In this document: one piece after another, positions 61,294-64,000 of the stretch
Numbering within the stretch: position 1 is the first letter of the stretch
How the letters are laid out: each line of letters opens with the position of its first letter
Assembly: GCA_977020255.1 (NCBI GenBank)
Contig: CDROCS010002739.1
Span: 124,001 to 188,000, forward strand
Length of the DNA: 64,000 bases
Source: Obrimoposthia wandeli
Taxonomy: Eukaryota
Direction of reading: 5' to 3'
The notes under the pieces: model-generated
What the model was told of the DNA's origin: nothing
The model's database searches: none
What the model saw: only the letters and a program-made list of their open reading frames with translations
Program-made: the position numbers and the translations under genes

Positions 61294-64000
61294 ATGGCTC
61301 AACCAGGAGCTCAAGCAGATAATAATGCAGGAAATAATGTAGGTGACATGAATGCAGAACAGTTGGCACTAGCCTTAAATGCGACGTTGAGACCCAACTT
61401 TTCGGGATCATTGCAGATTACAAAGTTTAAAGGAGATGAGGAAAGTATTTGTGACTTCCTCGCAGAATATTCGAGTTGTGCAGATGTTCAAGGATGGAAC
61501 GATAGAGAAAAATGTGTCCGTGTACAGGCACATTTAACCGGATTAGCACTTGAAGTGTATAAACATTTGACAGAAGCAGAACGTTTAGATTGGGCAACGT
61601 TGGAAAATGCTTTTATTGGAAAATTGGTATTGGGAGATTTAGCAAAAGTGAATAAGCGAATCATGAGAGAACGGAAACAGAAACATGACGAAGGCGTGAA
61701 TGAATACGCGTATGTTTTGAGAACCTTGGCCGCAAGAGCGTACCCAAGAAGAGTAATGAGAAATCAGGACGGTATTCCTGTAGCTCCAGAAGCACAAGTA
61801 GCGGAAAATAACCGGAACCAAAATGAAATGGCAGAAGTTTTGTTAGACATATTTAGAGGAGGACTGAAAAAAGATATTAAAGTGTTATTAGCAGTATCGG
61901 ACACGAATGATTTTGATAACGCCGTACGAAAGGCGAGAGAGATTGAGAAAAATATAAAAAATAACGCAGCAATGGCAATTTACGCAATGACCGCAGGCGA
62001 TGACGATAAGACAAAAGTATTCGTGAATAAAACAGAACCGAGTAATTTTCAGAATCGAAATTATGGACAAAATAAGTTTGAAAAAGGAGATGAATCCAGT
62101 AACGGAAATAGATATAATTTCCGAAATAGGAATCGAGATGATTCGAGAGGTAGAAATAATAGTGAGTCTTGGAACAGGAATCGAGATGATTCAAGAGGTA
62201 GAAATAGTAATGATTCGTGGAATAGAAATAGAGATGATTCCAGGAATAGATTTAGTAGAGATAATTCAGGAAATCGCCAACCTTGGAGAGGGGACGATAG
62301 GAATTACAACGCAAACAGAGGAGAGCGAAGTGACTCTCGATTTGGAAATAATACAGGAAGTAGTGACGGAAGATTCAATAATCGAGGAAGCGGCTTTGAA
62401 TCGAATTTCCGAAGAAGTGATTTTAGAGGACGATATGATAATAGACAGAATAGTCGTCGAGTACAGTTCGAAGATGAACAAAATAAGATAGATATTCGAG
62501 GGAGAATAATGTGTTATACGTGTAAACAAATGGGTCATTATTCGAGAGATTGTACGAGAAGTAAAGAGTTCGGAGCTAACAGATTTGGAAATAATAATTT
62601 CGGTAATAATAATTTTGGAAATAATTATAGAGGATATAATTCATCCCCGCCATGGAATAGAGGTGGTGGATATACTCCGCAGCAATGGAGACCGAATAAT
62701 CAGTATACAGATAGACAACAGTCACCAGGTAGATACAATAACTATGCAGACAGACAGCAAGGAGTTGAGAGATACAATAATTACGTAGGACAGCAAGGAG
62801 CTGAGAGATATAATAATTCCGGTCGATATAATAATAATAATGTTGACAAGACAAATAGTCGCGAGAGTTCGCCGAAACCGAAAGGAAATTTTAGTTATGT
62901 AAACGATGACAGCGATAGGAATCGCGAGACCGAGCTTCGACGCGAAATAGATTTTGAAGATAGTGATAGTAAATTTGAACGAATGTTGGGAATAATTAAA
63001 GATTCCCCTCACACAAAGTTGGCGAATTCATCTACGTTGTCGAAACACGAAAAAAGTCTACACTCGAGAGAAGAGATGAATGATTTAATGAACCAAATAC
63101 TAGAAGCGTATGAGACACCAATAGAGAAAACGTGTAACGCACAACCTATGACTGATCATATAGAAGCAGCAAGAAATGCTACGAGTATGGAAAATGTAAA
63201 AAAGATAATTAGTGAAGCTAAGGAGACGTTGAATCAACCGTTAGATGAAACGAGTGAAGCTCCAGAAGTTTTGGCCAAATTGCAAACAATTAAAGCGCAC
63301 AGATTGGAAGAAGTGCGAGCAGAATTGGTCAAACATAGTCATAATAACTTGGGCTACAAAGAAGTATCACGAGGATTATTGAAAGGATATTGTCGTTACG
63401 TACAGAGATCAAACCAAAAAGGAACGATGGAAATTTCTCTTAGATTAATTTCCGGACAGATAATACATGAAAAACTTAACGTGTATCAAACAATGAAAAC
63501 TATTCGAAAAAAGTTGGCCGAGAAACTTGAAATTGATGGAATGAACATGTTGTTCCATTATAAAGGAAGATCACTAGATGATGAAGACGTACCAGTCGAG
63601 TGTGGATATCCGATAGGAAACGAATTAGAGGAAAAAATTGATGTCATCACTGTAGGACGTCAGGAGTTAGTAGATAATGAAGGATTAACTGAGATATTAA
63701 ACTCGGCGTTAAAAATGATAAAAACGCCTATAGAAATTTTAGACAGTTCAAGCGAAAGCGGAGATAATGATGTAGCTGAAGCTTGGAACAAGACATCCAC
63801 ACCAGAACCGTACGTAGCTGAATTACAAGACGTGGAATTAGAAAATGAGTTGACGACTCCAGTGGTCGAAGTACCACCAGAACCAGAGATAATTCAAATC
63901 AGACAAGATGAAGTCACGGATACAGCTAACCAAGTGAGACAAAACGAAAACGTAAACCAACTAGTAGGAGAAGACGAAATCTCCGAGATTGTAGATTTGG
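61294..64000 (+). CDS. Gag (or Gag-Pol) polyprotein, open to window edge (at least 902 codons from first ATG)
   Basis: I read every codon 60952-64000 and found no stop; capsid-like FLAEYSSCADVQGWNDREK...RKQKHDEGVNEYAYVLRTLAARAY...FRGGL; CCHC knuckle CYTCKQMGHYSRDC at 62512-62553; Ubl-like segment 63427-63657. Confidence 0.92.
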   Translation, partial: MAQPGAQADNNAGNNVGDMNAEQLALALNATLRPNFSGSLQITKFKGDEESICDFLAEYSSCADVQGWNDREKCVRVQAHLTGLALEVYKHLTEAERLDWATLENAFIGKLVLGDLAKVNKRIMRERKQKHDEGVNEYAYVLRTLAARAYPRRVMRNQDGIPVAPEAQVAENNRNQNEMAEVLLDIFRGGLKKDIKVLLAVSDTNDFDNAVRKAREIEKNIKNNAAMAIYAMTAGDDDKTKVFVNKTEPSNFQNRNYGQNKFEKGDESSNGNRYNFRNRNRDDSRGRNNSESWNRNRDDSRGRNSNDSWNRNRDDSRNRFSRDNSGNRQPWRGDDRNYNANRGERSDSRFGNNTGSSDGRFNNRGSGFESNFRRSDFRGRYDNRQNSRRVQFEDEQNKIDIRGRIMCYTCKQMGHYSRDCTRSKEFGANRFGNNNFGNNNFGNNYRGYNSSPPWNRGGGYTPQQWRPNNQYTDRQQSPGRYNNYADRQQGVERYNNYVGQQGAERYNNSGRYNNNNVDKTNSRESSPKPKGNFSYVNDDSDRNRETELRREIDFEDSDSKFERMLGIIKDSPHTKLANSSTLSKHEKSLHSREEMNDLMNQILEAYETPIEKTCNAQPMTDHIEAARNATSMENVKKIISEAKETLNQPLDETSEAPEVLAKLQTIKAHRLEEVRAELVKHSHNNLGYKEVSRGLLKGYCRYVQRSNQKGTMEISLRLISGQIIHEKLNVYQTMKTIRKKLAEKLEIDGMNMLFHYKGRSLDDEDVPVECGYPIGNELEEKIDVITVGRQELVDNEGLTEILNSALKMIKTPIEILDSSSESGDNDVAEAWNKTSTPEPYVAELQDVELENELTTPVVEVPPEPEIIQIRQDEVTDTANQVRQNENVNQLVGEDEISEIVDL

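Noticed and set aside
62063-62788. Plus-strand ORFs 62063-62491 and 62585-62788 and antisense ORFs over gag
   Set aside because: Off-frame shadows of the real gag frame

Overview
AT-rich, intron-containing eukaryotic (very probably animal) genomic DNA. Two host genes can be reconstructed by hand from splice sites and peptide similarity. (1) The last six coding exons of a divergent CDC45 (+, 1-7056). (2) A complete ARID2/BAF200 (PBAF subunit) gene (-, CDS 48486 to 23097, 16 coding exons, about 1397 aa if a candidate 23-nt microexon is real), with ARID, ARM-like, RFX-like and two C2H2 domains. Most other recognisable sequence is mobile DNA: an intact IS630/Tc1-type DD35E transposon whose inverted termini are built from 21-bp tandem arrays (9747-11234); a decayed BEL/Pao pol (13.5-17.0 kb); a compact virus-like cassette with two paralogous orphan ORFs resembling T7 gp2.5-type ssDNA-binding proteins and ending in a GC-rich hairpin terminus (17.0-19.15 kb); mariner, Merlin, hAT, Tc1 and LINE remnants; three related LTRs; a decayed env-like gene; a 21-bp minisatellite with higher-order structure; and a young Gypsy-type element (LTR 60221-60455, PBS, repeat leader). 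The Gag ORF of that last element is open to the window edge, so the ORF track missed it, and it carries an apparent ubiquitin-like domain after its zinc knuckle. All homology calls are from recalled family motifs, not database searches.
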